This document shows positions 28,546 to 39,155 of a stretch of 64,000 nucleotides of DNA, piece by piece. A program made the position numbers and the translations under genes. Source of the DNA: Armatimonadota bacterium (GTDB taxonomy: Bacteria > Armatimonadota > Zipacnadia > Zipacnadales > VGFC01); contig VGFC01000002.1 of NCBI GenBank assembly GCA_016869045.1, positions 2,777 through 66,776 on the forward strand, in the 5' to 3' direction. The first letter of the stretch is position 1. Each line of letters opens with the position of its first letter. The notes beneath the pieces were generated by a model. It saw only the letters and a program-made list of their open reading frames with translations. It was not told the DNA's origin and did no database searches.

Positions 28546-28673
28546 TTGCCGTCCACCTGGGAGCGCGGGCTTCCAGCCGGCATGCCGTGCCTTTGACGTC
28601 TGCTGGGAGGGCCGGCGTCTCGCCGGCGTGCCGTCGCCGTCAGCTCCGAACTCTGGACTCTGGACTCCGGACT
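28546..28673 (+). repeat. Composite repeat: two family C REP-like units plus heptamer tract (CTGGACT)x4
   Basis: TGGGAGCGCGGGCTTCCAGCCGGCATGCC and TGGGAGGGCCGGCGTCTCGCCGGCGTGCC, then heptamers at 28646-28673 just before the uvrB ATG. Confidence 0.8.
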
Positions 28674-28679
28674 GCCTTC

Positions 28680-30659
28680 ATGCACCGCTTCGAGGTCATC
28701 TCCGACTACACGCCAAAGGGCGATCAGCCCCAGGCAATACAGGCCCTGGCCGACGGCGTGTTGGCCGGGATGAAGCACCAGACGCTCCTGGGGGCGACCG
28801 GCACGGGCAAGACCTTCACGATCGCGCACGTGGTAGAGCGCGCTCAGCGGCCCACTCTGGTGATCGCCCACAACAAGACCCTGGCCGCTCAGCTCTGCGC
28901 CGAGTTCCGCGAGTTCCTGCCCAGCAGCCGCGTCGAGTATTTCGTCAGCTTCTACGACTACTACCAGCCCGAGGCCTACCTTCCCGAGACCGACACCTAC
29001 ATCGAGAAGGACGCGCAGATCAACGACGAGATCGACCGCCTCCGCCATTCGGCCACCCAGGCTCTGATGGAGCGGCGCGACACGATCGTCGTGGCCTCCG
29101 TGTCGTGCATCTACGGCCTCGGCGCGCCGGACCAGTATGAGGAGATCACTCTTCAGGCCAAGGTGGGGGAGAGCGCCGACCGCGACGAGCTTCTGCGTCA
29201 ACTGGTCCGCATGCAGTTCACGCGCAATGACTACGCGCTGGACCGCGGCCAGTTCCGCGTGCGCGGCGACGTCATCGAGATTCATCCGGTCGATGAGGAC
29301 CTCATCACCCGCATCGAGATGTTCGGCGACGAGGTCGAGCGGATCACGGTCGTGGATCAACTGACCGGCGAAATCCTGGAGGAGAAACAGACCACGGTCG
29401 TCTTTGCGGCGAGCCACTACGTCGCCTCCCACGAGCGCCAGCAGGCCGCCCTGAAGTCCATCGAGGCCGAGCTGGAGGAGCGCCTCGCGCACCTGTACGG
29501 GGAGAACAAGCTGCTGGAGGCCCAGCGCCTGGAGCAGCGCACGAAGTACGACCTGGAGATGATCCGCGAGGTCGGCTACTGCCAGGGAATCGAGAACTAC
29601 TCGCGCCATTTCGACGGCCGCCGCGCCGGCGAGCCGCCGTACACGCTGATCGACTACTTCCCCGCCGACTTCCTGATGGTCATCGACGAGTCGCACCAGA
29701 CGATCCCGCAGCTGCGCGCCATGCTCGAAGGGGACCGCTCGCGCAAGCACAACCTCGTCGAGCACGGCTTCCGTCTACCCTCGGCGTATGACAACCGCCC
29801 GCTGTCGTTCACCGAGTGGGAGCAGCGAATCAACCAGGTCATCTACGTCTCGGCGACTCCCGGCGCCTACGAACTCGCGCACAGCGCGCAGGTCGCCGAG
29901 CAGATCATCCGCCCGACCGGGCTGGTGGACCCCGAGATCGAGGTCCGCCCCACCGAGAACCAGATCGACGATCTCATCGCCGAGATCAAGGAGCGCACCG
30001 CCAGGCACGAGCGAGTCCTCGTCACCACCCTCACCAAGCGCATGGCCGAGGACCTCGCCGAGTACCTCGCCGAGATGGGCATCCGCGTGCACTACCTCCA
30101 CTCCGAGGTCCAGACCTTCGACCGCACCGAGCTGCTGCGTGACCTGCGCCTCGGCGCGTACGATGTGCTCGTCGGCATCAACCTCCTGCGCGAGGGCCTC
30201 GACCTGCCGGAAGTCTCGCTGGTCGCGATCCTCGATGCCGACCGCGAGGGCTTCCTGCGCTCGACGACCTCGCTGATTCAGACCACCGGCCGCGCCGCCC
30301 GCAATGTGAACGGCCGTGTGCTCATGTACGCGGACGAGGTCACGCAGGCGATGCAGGAGACGATGGACGAGACGAACCGCCGCCGCGCGATTCAGGCGGC
30401 GTACAACGAGGAGCACGGCATCGAGCCCGCGACCATCGAGAAGGCGGTTCGCGACACGATCCGTTCCCGGGAGGACACCCAGCGCCGCGCCCGCGCGACC
30501 GTCGAGCTCGCCGCGGTCGAGGACCTCGAGGAACAGGACCTGGAGGCGGTCATCACTTCCCTCGAGACCGAGATGCGCGAGGCCGCCGCGACCCTCGACT
30601 TCGAGCGCGCCGCCGCCCTCCGCGACGAGATCGCCGAACTCAACCGCCTGCGGCGGTAA
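28680..30659 (+). CDS. uvrB: Excinuclease ABC subunit B (659 aa)
   Basis: [65 protein letters not shown]-terminal UVR coil [11 protein letters not shown]. Confidence 0.99.
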   Translation: MHRFEVISDYTPKGDQPQAIQALADGVLAGMKHQTLLGATGTGKTFTIAHVVERAQRPTLVIAHNKTLAAQLCAEFREFLPSSRVEYFVSFYDYYQPEAYLPETDTYIEKDAQINDEIDRLRHSATQALMERRDTIVVASVSCIYGLGAPDQYEEITLQAKVGESADRDELLRQLVRMQFTRNDYALDRGQFRVRGDVIEIHPVDEDLITRIEMFGDEVERITVVDQLTGEILEEKQTTVVFAASHYVASHERQQAALKSIEAELEERLAHLYGENKLLEAQRLEQRTKYDLEMIREVGYCQGIENYSRHFDGRRAGEPPYTLIDYFPADFLMVIDESHQTIPQLRAMLEGDRSRKHNLVEHGFRLPSAYDNRPLSFTEWEQRINQVIYVSATPGAYELAHSAQVAEQIIRPTGLVDPEIEVRPTENQIDDLIAEIKERTARHERVLVTTLTKRMAEDLAEYLAEMGIRVHYLHSEVQTFDRTELLRDLRLGAYDVLVGINLLREGLDLPEVSLVAILDADREGFLRSTTSLIQTTGRAARNVNGRVLMYADEVTQAMQETMDETNRRRAIQAAYNEEHGIEPATIEKAVRDTIRSREDTQRRARATVELAAVEDLEEQDLEAVITSLETEMREAAATLDFERAAALRDEIAELNRLRR

Positions 30660-30795
30660 GGTCTCAGGTCCCAAGTCTCATGTCTCAGGTTCACAGCGCC
30701 CGCACAGGCTTCCGTCCCACGGTTGCCGCCAACCCGAGACCCGAGACCTGAGCCCCGAGACCTGAGACCCGAGACCTGAGACCCGAGACCTGAGA
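30660..30795. repeat. Inverted heptamer tracts, (GGTCTCA)x~5 ... (CCYGAGA)x9
   Basis: Left tract 30660-30694 and right tract 30733-30795 fill most of the uvrB-uvrC gap. Confidence 0.92.
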
Positions 30796-30800
30796 CGCGC

Positions 30801-32726
30801 ATGACGTTACGCGAGAAGATCAACGCCGCCCCCGACCGACCGGGCAGCTACATGTTCCGCGATGCCGACGGCGCCGTCTTGTACGTGGGCAAGACGATCT
30901 CGCTGCGCAAGCGCCTGCACGACTGGTTTGCGCCGAGCAACCGGTCGCGCTCGGCGTGGGGCGACATCATGATTGACCGCGTCGCCGACCTGGAGTACAC
31001 CGTCGTGGACTCCGAGGTCGAGGCGCTGGTGCTTGAGTGGAACCTGATCCGCGAGCACGAGCCGCAGTTCAACGTGCGCCTGGCGGATGACAAGAGCTAC
31101 CCCTACCTGAAGCTGACGACTGAAGAGCCTTATCCCCGCCTCGTCCTGCTGCGCGAGCTGCCGAAGTCGGCCCGGCCCATCGTCGGCGCGGTCCGCGGCC
31201 CGCGCAGCTTCCAGGACCCGAAGAAGCGCGAGCTGCACCGCGTCAGCTCCGGGCGCTACTTCGGCCCCTATACGTCCACGAAGGCCATGCGCCGCATGAT
31301 GCGCATGGCGAGCGAGCTGTTCGGGCTGCGGCCCTGCAAGCATCGCATCGACCCGACCCGGCCGCCGCCGCCGTGCCTCGATCGGCACATCAACCGCTGC
31401 GCGGGCCCGTGCGCCGGCAAGGTAACGCCGGAGGAGTACGGGGAGGTCGTCCGTCAGGTCGAGTTGTTCCTCGAAGGCAAGACCGACGAGATTCGCGCGC
31501 GCCTGGAACGCGAGATGCACGCCGCCTCCGAGGCGCTGAACTTCGAGCGTGCGGCGCGCTTCCGCGACAAGCTCATCGCGCTCGACAGCGCGACGGAGAC
31601 CCAGAAGGCCATCGCCGATGATGCCGCTCGTGACGAGGACGTCATCGCGACCCACGTCGCCGGCGACCGCGCGATTGTGCAGCGCCTGTGCATCCGTCGC
31701 GGCAAGCTCATCGACCAGGAGCAGCACGTGCTGACCCACGCGATGGACCGGCCGCCCGAGGAGGTCCTGGCCGCGTTCCTCTCCCAGTACTACGCGAGCG
31801 CGACGTATGTCCCCCGCGACGTGCTCCTGAGCCACGAGGTGCCCGAGATGCCTGCGCTCGCGGCGGCGCTCTCGGAGCTGCGCGGCAGCAAGGTCTCCGT
31901 GCTCGTGCCTCAGCGCGGCGAGAGGCGCCAGCTCGTTGACCTGGCCCAGCGCAACGCGCAGAGCTGCCTGGAATCGCTCCTGAGCACCGAGGCCGAGCAG
32001 GCCCGCATCGCGAGCGAGACCCTCCGCGACCTCGCCGAGGCCCTGGGTCTCGACCGCCTGCCGGCGCGCATCGAGTGCTTCGACATCTCGAACCTCCAGG
32101 GCCACATGGCGACAGGCTCGATGGTCGTCATGCAGGACACCGAGCCCGCGAAGAGCGCGTACCGCCGGTTTCGCGTCCGCTGCAGCGAGGGCGAGCCGAA
32201 CGATTACGCGATGATGCGCGAGGTCCTCTTGCGCCGCCTCACGGCCGCCGCGGAGGGCAAGCCGAAGTTCCTCCCGCTCCCCGACCTGATCGTCGTCGAT
32301 GGCGGGAAGGGCCAACTCAACGTGGCCCTTCAGGTCCTCGCCGAAACCGGCCACGAGAGCATCCCGGCCATCGGTCTGGCCAAGGAGCAGGAGGACGTCT
32401 ACGCGCCCGGCCGTTCGGAACCTCTGCCGATGGACACGCACCTGCGGGCGCGCTATCTGCTGCAGCGCCTCCGTGACGAGGCGCACCGGTTCGCGATCGG
32501 CCACCATCGGGACCTGCGCAGCAAACAGGCCAGGCGGTCGATCCTCGATGAGGCGCCGGGCATCGGTCCGACGCGTAAGCGCGAGCTGCTCCGTGCGTTC
32601 CGTTCCGTGCGGGCAATCCGCGAGGCTCCGGTGGAGGCCATCGCCGCCATCCGGGGCATGAGTCGCCCCTCGGCCGAGGCGCTCAAGGAGTATCTTGAGG
32701 ACGCAGCGAATGAGCGCGGTCTGTGA
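30801..32726 (+). CDS. uvrC: Excinuclease ABC subunit C
   Basis: GIY-YIG PGSYMF...LYVGK, DDKSYPYL, FGPY, IECFDISN, DLIVVDGGKGQL, LQRLRDEAHRFAI, C-terminal HhH GIGPTRKR. Confidence 0.98.
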   Translation: MTLREKINAAPDRPGSYMFRDADGAVLYVGKTISLRKRLHDWFAPSNRSRSAWGDIMIDRVADLEYTVVDSEVEALVLEWNLIREHEPQFNVRLADDKSYPYLKLTTEEPYPRLVLLRELPKSARPIVGAVRGPRSFQDPKKRELHRVSSGRYFGPYTSTKAMRRMMRMASELFGLRPCKHRIDPTRPPPPCLDRHINRCAGPCAGKVTPEEYGEVVRQVELFLEGKTDEIRARLEREMHAASEALNFERAARFRDKLIALDSATETQKAIADDAARDEDVIATHVAGDRAIVQRLCIRRGKLIDQEQHVLTHAMDRPPEEVLAAFLSQYYASATYVPRDVLLSHEVPEMPALAAALSELRGSKVSVLVPQRGERRQLVDLAQRNAQSCLESLLSTEAEQARIASETLRDLAEALGLDRLPARIECFDISNLQGHMATGSMVVMQDTEPAKSAYRRFRVRCSEGEPNDYAMMREVLLRRLTAAAEGKPKFLPLPDLIVVDGGKGQLNVALQVLAETGHESIPAIGLAKEQEDVYAPGRSEPLPMDTHLRARYLLQRLRDEAHRFAIGHHRDLRSKQARRSILDEAPGIGPTRKRELLRAFRSVRAIREAPVEAIAAIRGMSRPSAEALKEYLEDAANERGL

Positions 32727-32758
32727 CCGCGCACCACACAGGAGTTGGAGGCTGCACC

Positions 32759-33712
32759 GTGTTTCGACCCGAGATCAAAGTCCTGGATGCGACAATCCGC
32801 GACGGCGGCTTGATGAATGACTGGTGGTTCGACGACGACACCGTCCGCGACGTCTGGGAGGCGGGCTGTCAGGCCGGACTGGACTACGTCGAGCTGGGCT
32901 ACCGCGCCTCGAAGAAGCTCTTCTCACCCAAGGACTTCGGCCCCTGGCGCTTCTGCGCCGAGGCGGACCTGCGCCGCATCGTCGGTGACGGGCACCCCGC
33001 GACCAAGGTCTCGATCATGTGCGATGTGGGCCGCGTCGAGGACGAGGACTTCCTCCCGGCCGCCGAGAGCGTCGTCGCCATGGTTCGCGTCGCCACGTAC
33101 GTGAAGGAGATCGACAAGGCCATCGCGCTGACGAACCTCTGTCACGACCTGGGTTACGAGACCACCATCAACATCATGGCCATCTCAAACGCGCTGGAGT
33201 GGGACATCGACGAGGCGGTGAAGCAGGTCGAGGCGGAGACGAAGGTCAAGGCCCTCTACGTGGTGGACAGCTTCGGCGCGCTCTACTCCGAACAGATTCA
33301 CCACCTGGTGGACAAGTACCGGGGGATGCTCGGGCCTGACAAGGAGGTCGGCATCCACTGCCACAACAACCAGCAGCTCGGCTTCGCGAACACGATCGAG
33401 GCGATCATCCACAACGCGAACTTCCTGGATGCCACGGTCTTCGGCATCGGCCGTGGCGCCGGCAACTGCCCGCTGGAGCTGCTGCTCTCCTTCCTGAAGA
33501 ACCCGAAGTTCGACGTGCGCCCCATCCTGGATGTCTGCGCGCGTCGCATCATCCCGATGATGGACACGCTCAAGTGGGGCTATCACCTCCCCTACATGAT
33601 CACCGGCGTCCACAACCAGCACCCCCGCGCCGGCATGGCGATGGTGTCGCGCGAATCCACGGACTACCGCGCCTTCTGGGATGAGATCACCGCCGAGGAA
33701 CCCGTCGCGTGA
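32759..33712 (+). CDS. HMGL-like (DRE-TIM) aldolase, 4-hydroxy-2-oxovalerate aldolase-related (317 aa)
   Basis: VLDATIRDGG, YVVDSFG, GIHCHNNQQLGFANT, GIGRGAGNCPLE. Confidence 0.85.
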   Translation: MFRPEIKVLDATIRDGGLMNDWWFDDDTVRDVWEAGCQAGLDYVELGYRASKKLFSPKDFGPWRFCAEADLRRIVGDGHPATKVSIMCDVGRVEDEDFLPAAESVVAMVRVATYVKEIDKAIALTNLCHDLGYETTINIMAISNALEWDIDEAVKQVEAETKVKALYVVDSFGALYSEQIHHLVDKYRGMLGPDKEVGIHCHNNQQLGFANTIEAIIHNANFLDATVFGIGRGAGNCPLELLLSFLKNPKFDVRPILDVCARRIIPMMDTLKWGYHLPYMITGVHNQHPRAGMAMVSRESTDYRAFWDEITAEEPVA

Positions 33713-33717
33713 CGGCA

Positions 33718-33853
33718 GGTGATGGGTGCTGGGTGATAGGTGATGGGGACGTCGGCAGAGGCGCGGCTGGCGGTGGTCGTGGCGCAGGCTTCCAGCCTGC
33801 GTCCGTCGCCGTCCACTTCCCACTTCCCACTTCTCACTTCGCGCTCATCACTT
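33718..33853. repeat. Inverted heptamer tracts around a GTGG-type REP between convergent genes
   Basis: (GGTGATG/GGTGCTG)n, then GTGGCGCAGGCTTCCAGCCTGCGT, then (CCACTTC)n. Confidence 0.75.
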
Positions 33854-36800
33854 GCCTTCCCACGCAGCCAACCTCCTTCGGCCCTAACTCCACCTCGATC
33901 ACGGCCTCACCTCGCTCCACCTTCGGCTTCAGCTCCTTCCCGTTCCACAGGTCGAGGTAGCGCGCGCCCTTTTCGTGCTTCACCCGGAGCACCGGCCCGC
34001 GGTACGTGCTGAACCCCACGTTGAGCAACGTCCACACGGTCTCGTCCTTCGCGGAGAACCGGTTCGCGCAGATGAGCGGACTCTCGGTCGGGACGAGCGC
34101 CTCCACATCGTCGGACGTGAATGCGGCGCGATGCTCGTGCAGCAGCGCGAAGGACTTGCGCAAGAACGCCTGCGCGTCCGCGTCGAACCCACTTGGGATG
34201 TCGTTCCCGAGCCACGTGCCCTCGCCGTTGAAGAACGGGTACTTCAGCAGCTCCCAGCCCCCATCGACGAACGGGTTGTAGGAGACGAGCTGGAAGACCT
34301 TGAAGTCCGGGAAGCAGAAGCGGAAGAGCTGGATGCGGTGCGGGGCGAGCGTCGCATCGCCCTGCCACACGGAGTAGCCGAGCGCTCCGTCCTGGTACTG
34401 GCTGTTGACATCGACCGGCACTTCCTCCGTCAGCGTCGCGATGTCGGGCGGCACGGCGGCCCTGATCTTGCGGCCCATCTCCCGCTCGCCCCGTAGCGGT
34501 GGCTGCGGAACGGGGTGCCCGTGGTCCGGGCTGTAGCAGATCTTCCACGCATCGGCGAAGCCGTGCTGGTCGATGTACATCCCATTCGGCTGCAGCTCGC
34601 CCGTCACGCGCTTGTACGTGCCCGCCAGGTAGTCCTGCCAGCCCTCGCAGGCGGGGCACATCATGTGCTCGGTCGGCGCGCCCTCCCACAGCAGCGGCTG
34701 TCCGTCCGGCCGGATGATGTGCCACTGGCCCACATGCTCCCGCCCAAACTCCCCGCGCTCATCCACGAGGTACCCCTCGATGTAGAGCCCCACCCGTGCG
34801 CCGGTCTGCTCGATGCCACGAATGGCTTCCGCGAGCTTCTCCCTCCCGCCGATCTCGTCGTAGTGGCTGTAGTCGCCCACGCGACCGTATGCATCGGATT
34901 GCCCGAAATCGAAGATGTGGAAGTAGTCCACTCGGCCGAAGAACTCGATGTCCTTCTCCAGCACCTCGTTCATGTGGTAGGTCTGCGTCGTAGGGTCGTA
35001 GAGCTGCCCGCGCACGAAGTGCTGGCGGTAGTTGAAGCACTCCTTGAACCACTGCTTCCTCGGGACCGCGGGCTTGTACCAGGTGTGCGCCCACTGCCGG
35101 TAGCGGTTCAGCGCGACCCGCCAGTCGCCGGTGTGTACGCCGATGGCGGTCGGCGCGATCTCGATGGTCTCCCCGGGCCGGTAGTCGCGCGCGAAGTAGT
35201 CGGCGCGGAACATCACGCCGTTCTCGTCCTTCTTCAGCGCGTGGTACTTGGTGATGTCGTTCAGGTCGTGCACCATCAAGTACAGCCCGCCGCCCAGCCG
35301 CGGGCTGAACACGTCGGTGATCTGCAGCGGGTGCCGGCCGCTGTAGGCGTCGGCCATCCAGATTGGCCGGTTGTTGATGATCCCGCCGCGACCGCAGTAC
35401 AGGTACCACGCGTCCTCCGGCTCGCCGAACGCGATGCCGCCCACTTGCGGGAAGACAACGCCCGGCCGGATGACCTCCTGCCCAACGTGCTTGAGATTCA
35501 GCCCCATCTCCAGCTCCGGCCCCGCGCCCAGCCGCATCGTCACTTCGCCCGCCAGCGGCACGCCCTGCTCCGTCGCATCGACGGGGATCGTGACCGCCAC
35601 CGTGCCCTTCCCTCGCTCCTCCTTCACCTCACCCACCTTCACCTGCGTCGAATCCACTTGCTTGTCCCCGATCACCAGCACGAAGATCGGCCCCGCCGCT
35701 ACCGTCATCCTACCTCCACTCAAGCACCGGTTCTCGATCGCCTCCAGCCTCAACCCTTTGCCCACACTGAACTCCGCCCTCAGATACGCATTGCTGAGAA
35801 CCAGCCCCTTGCCGTCCACCTGGGAGCGCGGGCTTCCAGCCGGCATGCCGTCGCCGTTGACTTCGAGCCTCGCCTCCGTCTCCCGGATCTCTCTCTCCTT
35901 CGCCTCCTCCGGCAACACGCTCACCGCCTTCGTCCGTACCAAGGCCTCCCCCTGATACGCCGTCGCCGCCACGAGCGCAATCGTCGCATCCCTCATCGCC
36001 GACCGCAGCCGTATCCGCCGGACCGCCTGCTCCCTCAACCCGCTCAGCACGTAGGCATCGATCCCTGCCGAGACCTCGTACACGCCATCGCTCGCCCGCG
36101 CGGGGAAGTGCCAGTCCGTCACTCCGTCCTCGTAGTCCACTGCGACGCGGAACCGCTCCGGCTGGCGGAAGCTGCCCAGGGGTCGGGCGCCCAGCCCCCC
36201 CGACCAGTCCTCCGACGGCAGTCGCGCTGCGATCAGGAGGTACAGCTCGTCCGCGCTCCTCCCGATCGGCACCCCGTATGGCTCAAGGGAGTTACGCGGA
36301 ACCGCCGCGACGTTCGGCTGCTCTTCGCGCAGCTCGAATGGGATGCCCTCGACGGTGATTCGCGTCTCCCCGAACCAGTCCGTTGCGCCCAGCCTTCGGG
36401 CGAGGTCCTTCCCGTTCGCATTGCACGCCGGCCGCAGGTTGACCGGCGCAAAGCGCGCCTCCGGCGCCCGCAGCCCCTCCCAACCCTTGCCGAAGGCGAT
36501 CATCTCCCCGACGGGCAGACGCGGCCGTCGCGTCGATAGCTCGATGTAGTCGATCTCCGCCCACGCCCCCTGTCTCTCATCTGCCGTCAACGCCGAACCC
36601 CGAACCCCAAACCCCGAACCCGCCTGCAACTGCACCGCGATCTCCTTCACAGGGAACAGCGGCTTCTCGACCGCGACCGTCTCGGTGTGCCAGCGCCCGT
36701 CGGAGCGGACCTGCGTCCCGGGGAAGAGGGTGGCGGACTGCTGAGGCTGCCCTCCGGTCTCGCTGCCGACCCACACGAAGTAGTCGCCCCACTGGGTCGC

Positions 36801-37556
36801 CCGCTCGGCCCGGTAGCGGATGGTGAGGTAGGCCGCGCCGCTGAGGTCCACCGGCTCGTCGAACTGCGCCGACCACTTCATCCCCGCATTCGGTTGCCGG
36901 ACACTCATGACGAGCCGCCCGTCCGCCTGCTCGATGGCGTGGGTGCCGTCCGGCGCCGGGTTGGCCAGCCACGTTGGGTGGGCCTCGAACTTCAGACCAC
37001 CGTCGAACTCCTCCCGCCATGCGAAGGGCTTCGGCGCGTCCTTTGGCAAGCGGATCGCCCCCTCCGGCGCGTCATCCACGACGCGCAGGTAGTCGAACGA
37101 GAGTCTCGCGGGCGCTTGCTCTCCCGCCTGCACCTCCACCGCGAGCGTCTGCAGGCGCCCGCGTCGCCCCTGCGCGAACAGGTCCACGGCCACCTCATGC
37201 CACTGCCCGTCCAGCGGGAAGTCCCCGGCGGCAACGATGGTCCCGTCGTTCTGCCCCGAGATGCCCCACAGCACGTACGGCCCGCCGGTCCGAATGCCCT
37301 CAGCGCGACAACGAACCAGCAGGTAGCCCTCAACCTCCGCGCTCAGGCTCTCCACCGGGCAGGTCCACTTCATCCCTCGCCCGGGCTCCGCTACGCTGAA
37401 CGTGAGCACACTCCCCTCCGCCTCAACCTTGGCCTCCGCCGTGGGGTTGCTGACCCACGCCGGCTGCGCGGTCCAGCCCGCCGCCTCTTCGCACTCGATC
37501 GGCCACGGCGCCTGCGCGAATGTCCTTCCCATCAGACACAGCAGCAGTAGGCCCAT
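33834..37556 (-). CDS. Large secreted putative glycoside hydrolase (1240 aa): two N-terminal CBM-like beta-sandwiches and a C-terminal TIM-barrel-like catalytic region
   Basis: Signal MGLLLLCLMGRTFA. Modules with DGQWHEV and DGRWHTE. Catalytic-like motifs DYFHIFDFG, GLYIEGYL, HMMC, NGMYIDQHG, LTEE. Confidence 0.6.
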   Translation of the reverse strand: MGLLLLCLMGRTFAQAPWPIECEEAAGWTAQPAWVSNPTAEAKVEAEGSVLTFSVAEPGRGMKWTCPVESLSAEVEGYLLVRCRAEGIRTGGPYVLWGISGQNDGTIVAAGDFPLDGQWHEVAVDLFAQGRRGRLQTLAVEVQAGEQAPARLSFDYLRVVDDAPEGAIRLPKDAPKPFAWREEFDGGLKFEAHPTWLANPAPDGTHAIEQADGRLVMSVRQPNAGMKWSAQFDEPVDLSGAAYLTIRYRAERATQWGDYFVWVGSETGGQPQQSATLFPGTQVRSDGRWHTETVAVEKPLFPVKEIAVQLQAGSGFGVRGSALTADERQGAWAEIDYIELSTRRPRLPVGEMIAFGKGWEGLRAPEARFAPVNLRPACNANGKDLARRLGATDWFGETRITVEGIPFELREEQPNVAAVPRNSLEPYGVPIGRSADELYLLIAARLPSEDWSGGLGARPLGSFRQPERFRVAVDYEDGVTDWHFPARASDGVYEVSAGIDAYVLSGLREQAVRRIRLRSAMRDATIALVAATAYQGEALVRTKAVSVLPEEAKEREIRETEARLEVNGDGMPAGSPRSQVDGKGLVLSNAYLRAEFSVGKGLRLEAIENRCLSGGRMTVAAGPIFVLVIGDKQVDSTQVKVGEVKEERGKGTVAVTIPVDATEQGVPLAGEVTMRLGAGPELEMGLNLKHVGQEVIRPGVVFPQVGGIAFGEPEDAWYLYCGRGGIINNRPIWMADAYSGRHPLQITDVFSPRLGGGLYLMVHDLNDITKYHALKKDENGVMFRADYFARDYRPGETIEIAPTAIGVHTGDWRVALNRYRQWAHTWYKPAVPRKQWFKECFNYRQHFVRGQLYDPTTQTYHMNEVLEKDIEFFGRVDYFHIFDFGQSDAYGRVGDYSHYDEIGGREKLAEAIRGIEQTGARVGLYIEGYLVDERGEFGREHVGQWHIIRPDGQPLLWEGAPTEHMMCPACEGWQDYLAGTYKRVTGELQPNGMYIDQHGFADAWKICYSPDHGHPVPQPPLRGEREMGRKIRAAVPPDIATLTEEVPVDVNSQYQDGALGYSVWQGDATLAPHRIQLFRFCFPDFKVFQLVSYNPFVDGGWELLKYPFFNGEGTWLGNDIPSGFDADAQAFLRKSFALLHEHRAAFTSDDVEALVPTESPLICANRFSAKDETVWTLLNVGFSTYRGPVLRVKHEKGARYLDLWNGKELKPKVERGEAVIEVELGPKEVGCVGRQVMSAK
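35809..35851 (+). repeat. Family C repeat inside a CDS
   Basis: 43 bp identical to intergenic 28546-28588. Confidence 0.9.
36589..36621 (+). repeat. Heptamer tract (CCCGAAC-type) inside a CDS
   Basis: Same unit as 4652-4680; reads GSGFGVRGSA in the 1240-aa protein. Confidence 0.85.
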
Positions 37557-37679
37557 GTTACACTCCTCAGGGATCTACTCCCTCGCGGTTGCTCGGAAGC
37601 GGAGGTCACTGCCGAAGACCAGTACGGCCGGGCCGCCTCTCGGCAACCCGGCCGTGGATCGACTGCGGAGCAGCGGCGT

Positions 37680-39053
37680 CTACTCCATCACGGGGTTCTC
37701 GAAGGGCGGCAAGGCCTGCAGGGCCTCCTCGATCTTCTCCTGCGGATACTCATAGTCCTCAAGGTCACCCGCGAAGTAGCTGTCGTAGGCGCCGAGGTCG
37801 AAGAAGCCGTGCCCGCTGAAGGCGATCATGATGCACTTCTCCTCGCCGGTCTCCTTACACTTGAGCGCCTCGTCGATGCCGCAGCGGATGGCGTGCGAGG
37901 TCTCGGGAGCGGGGAGGAAGCCCTCGGTGCGGGCGAACTGCACGGCGGCGTCGAAGCACGGAATCTGGTGGTACGCGCGGGCCGCGATCACGCCCTCCTT
38001 CACGAGCAGGCAGAGCTGCGGGGCATCACCGTGGTAGCGCAAGCCGCCGGCGTGGATCGGCGCCGGCACGAACCCGTGCCCCAGCGTGTACATCTTCACC
38101 AGCGGCGTCAGCATCGCCGTGTCGCCGAAGTCGTAGTGGTAGAGGCCGCGGGTGAGCGTGGGGCAGGCTTCGGGCTCGCAGGCGATGATGTCGATGTCGG
38201 CGCCGTTGAGCTTGTCCTTCACGAAGGGGAAGGCGGCGCCGGCGAAGTTCGAGCCGCCTCCGACGCAGCCGCAGATCACATCGGGCAGGCCCTCGCCCGC
38301 GATCTCAAGCTGCTTCTTGGCCTCCAGGCCGACGACCGTCTGGTGCAGGAGGACGTGGTTGAGCACGCTCCCGAGGGAGTAGTGGCAGTCGTCATGGGTG
38401 GCCGCGTCCTCGACGGCCTCGGAGATGGCGATGCCGAGGCTGCCCGGGCTGTCAGGGTCCTTCTCGAGCACCCCGCGGCCCGCGTTCGTGAGGTTGGTCG
38501 GCGAGGCGTAGACGGTCGCGCCCCAGGTCTCCATGAGGCTGCGGCGATAGGGCTTCTGGTGGTAGCTCACCTTCACCATGTAGACCGTGCACTCGAGCCC
38601 GAAGAACTGGCAGGCGAACGACAGCGCGCTCCCCCACTGGCCGGCCCCGGTCTCGGTGGCGATGCGCTTGAGGCCTTCCTGCTTGTTGTAGTACGCCTGC
38701 GCAACCGCCGTGTTCGGCTTGTGACTGCCGGGCGGGCTGAATGACTCGTTCTTGTAATAGACCCGGGCGGGGGTGCCGAGGGCCTTCTCCAGCCGGTGGG
38801 CGCGGTACAGCGGGGAGGGCCGCCAGAGGCGCAGCACGTCGCGGACCTCGTTGGGGATCTCGATCCACGGGTCCATGCTCATCTCTTGCTTGATGAGCTC
38901 CATGGGGAACAGCGGAGCGAGGTCCGCCGGGCCGAGCGGCTTGCCCGTCCCCGGGTGGATCGGCGGCGGCAGCGGCGCCGGCAGGTCGGGATTGATGTTG
39001 TACCAACACTGCGGCAGTTCGCTCTCGCTCAGAACGATCTTGGTGTCCTCCAT
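37680..39053 (-). CDS. trpB2: Stand-alone tryptophan synthase beta-type protein TrpB2 (457 aa)
   Basis: [18 protein letters not shown] (PLP Lys), [41 protein letters not shown] before MEDTKIVL. Confidence 0.92.
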   Translation of the reverse strand: MEDTKIVLSESELPQCWYNINPDLPAPLPPPIHPGTGKPLGPADLAPLFPMELIKQEMSMDPWIEIPNEVRDVLRLWRPSPLYRAHRLEKALGTPARVYYKNESFSPPGSHKPNTAVAQAYYNKQEGLKRIATETGAGQWGSALSFACQFFGLECTVYMVKVSYHQKPYRRSLMETWGATVYASPTNLTNAGRGVLEKDPDSPGSLGIAISEAVEDAATHDDCHYSLGSVLNHVLLHQTVVGLEAKKQLEIAGEGLPDVICGCVGGGSNFAGAAFPFVKDKLNGADIDIIACEPEACPTLTRGLYHYDFGDTAMLTPLVKMYTLGHGFVPAPIHAGGLRYHGDAPQLCLLVKEGVIAARAYHQIPCFDAAVQFARTEGFLPAPETSHAIRCGIDEALKCKETGEEKCIMIAFSGHGFFDLGAYDSYFAGDLEDYEYPQEKIEEALQALPPFENPVME

Positions 39054-39093
39054 TGCACAGGTCCTCCTCGAAGGCAGGCTTGGTGTGGGGCGA

Positions 39094-39137
39094 GCAACGG
39101 CTGCCACCCCTGCCGGCAAGGGTGCCGGCGCTCCCAG
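39094..39137 (-). repeat. Family C REP-like copy
   Basis: Reverse complement TGGGAGCGCCGGCACCCTTGCCGGCA..GGTGGCAGCCGTTGC, related to 44722-44765. Confidence 0.75.
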
Positions 39138-39155
39138 CAACAGCACGGAAATGCG

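Noticed and set aside
30660-30795. Possible CRISPR array in the repeat-rich gaps
   Set aside because: Units are contiguous 7-mers or isolated palindromes with no unique 25-45 nt spacers, and there are no cas genes.
37680-39053. trp biosynthetic operon
   Set aside because: Only a TrpB2-type gene is present, with no trpA or other trp genes; stand-alone TrpB2 is well known.
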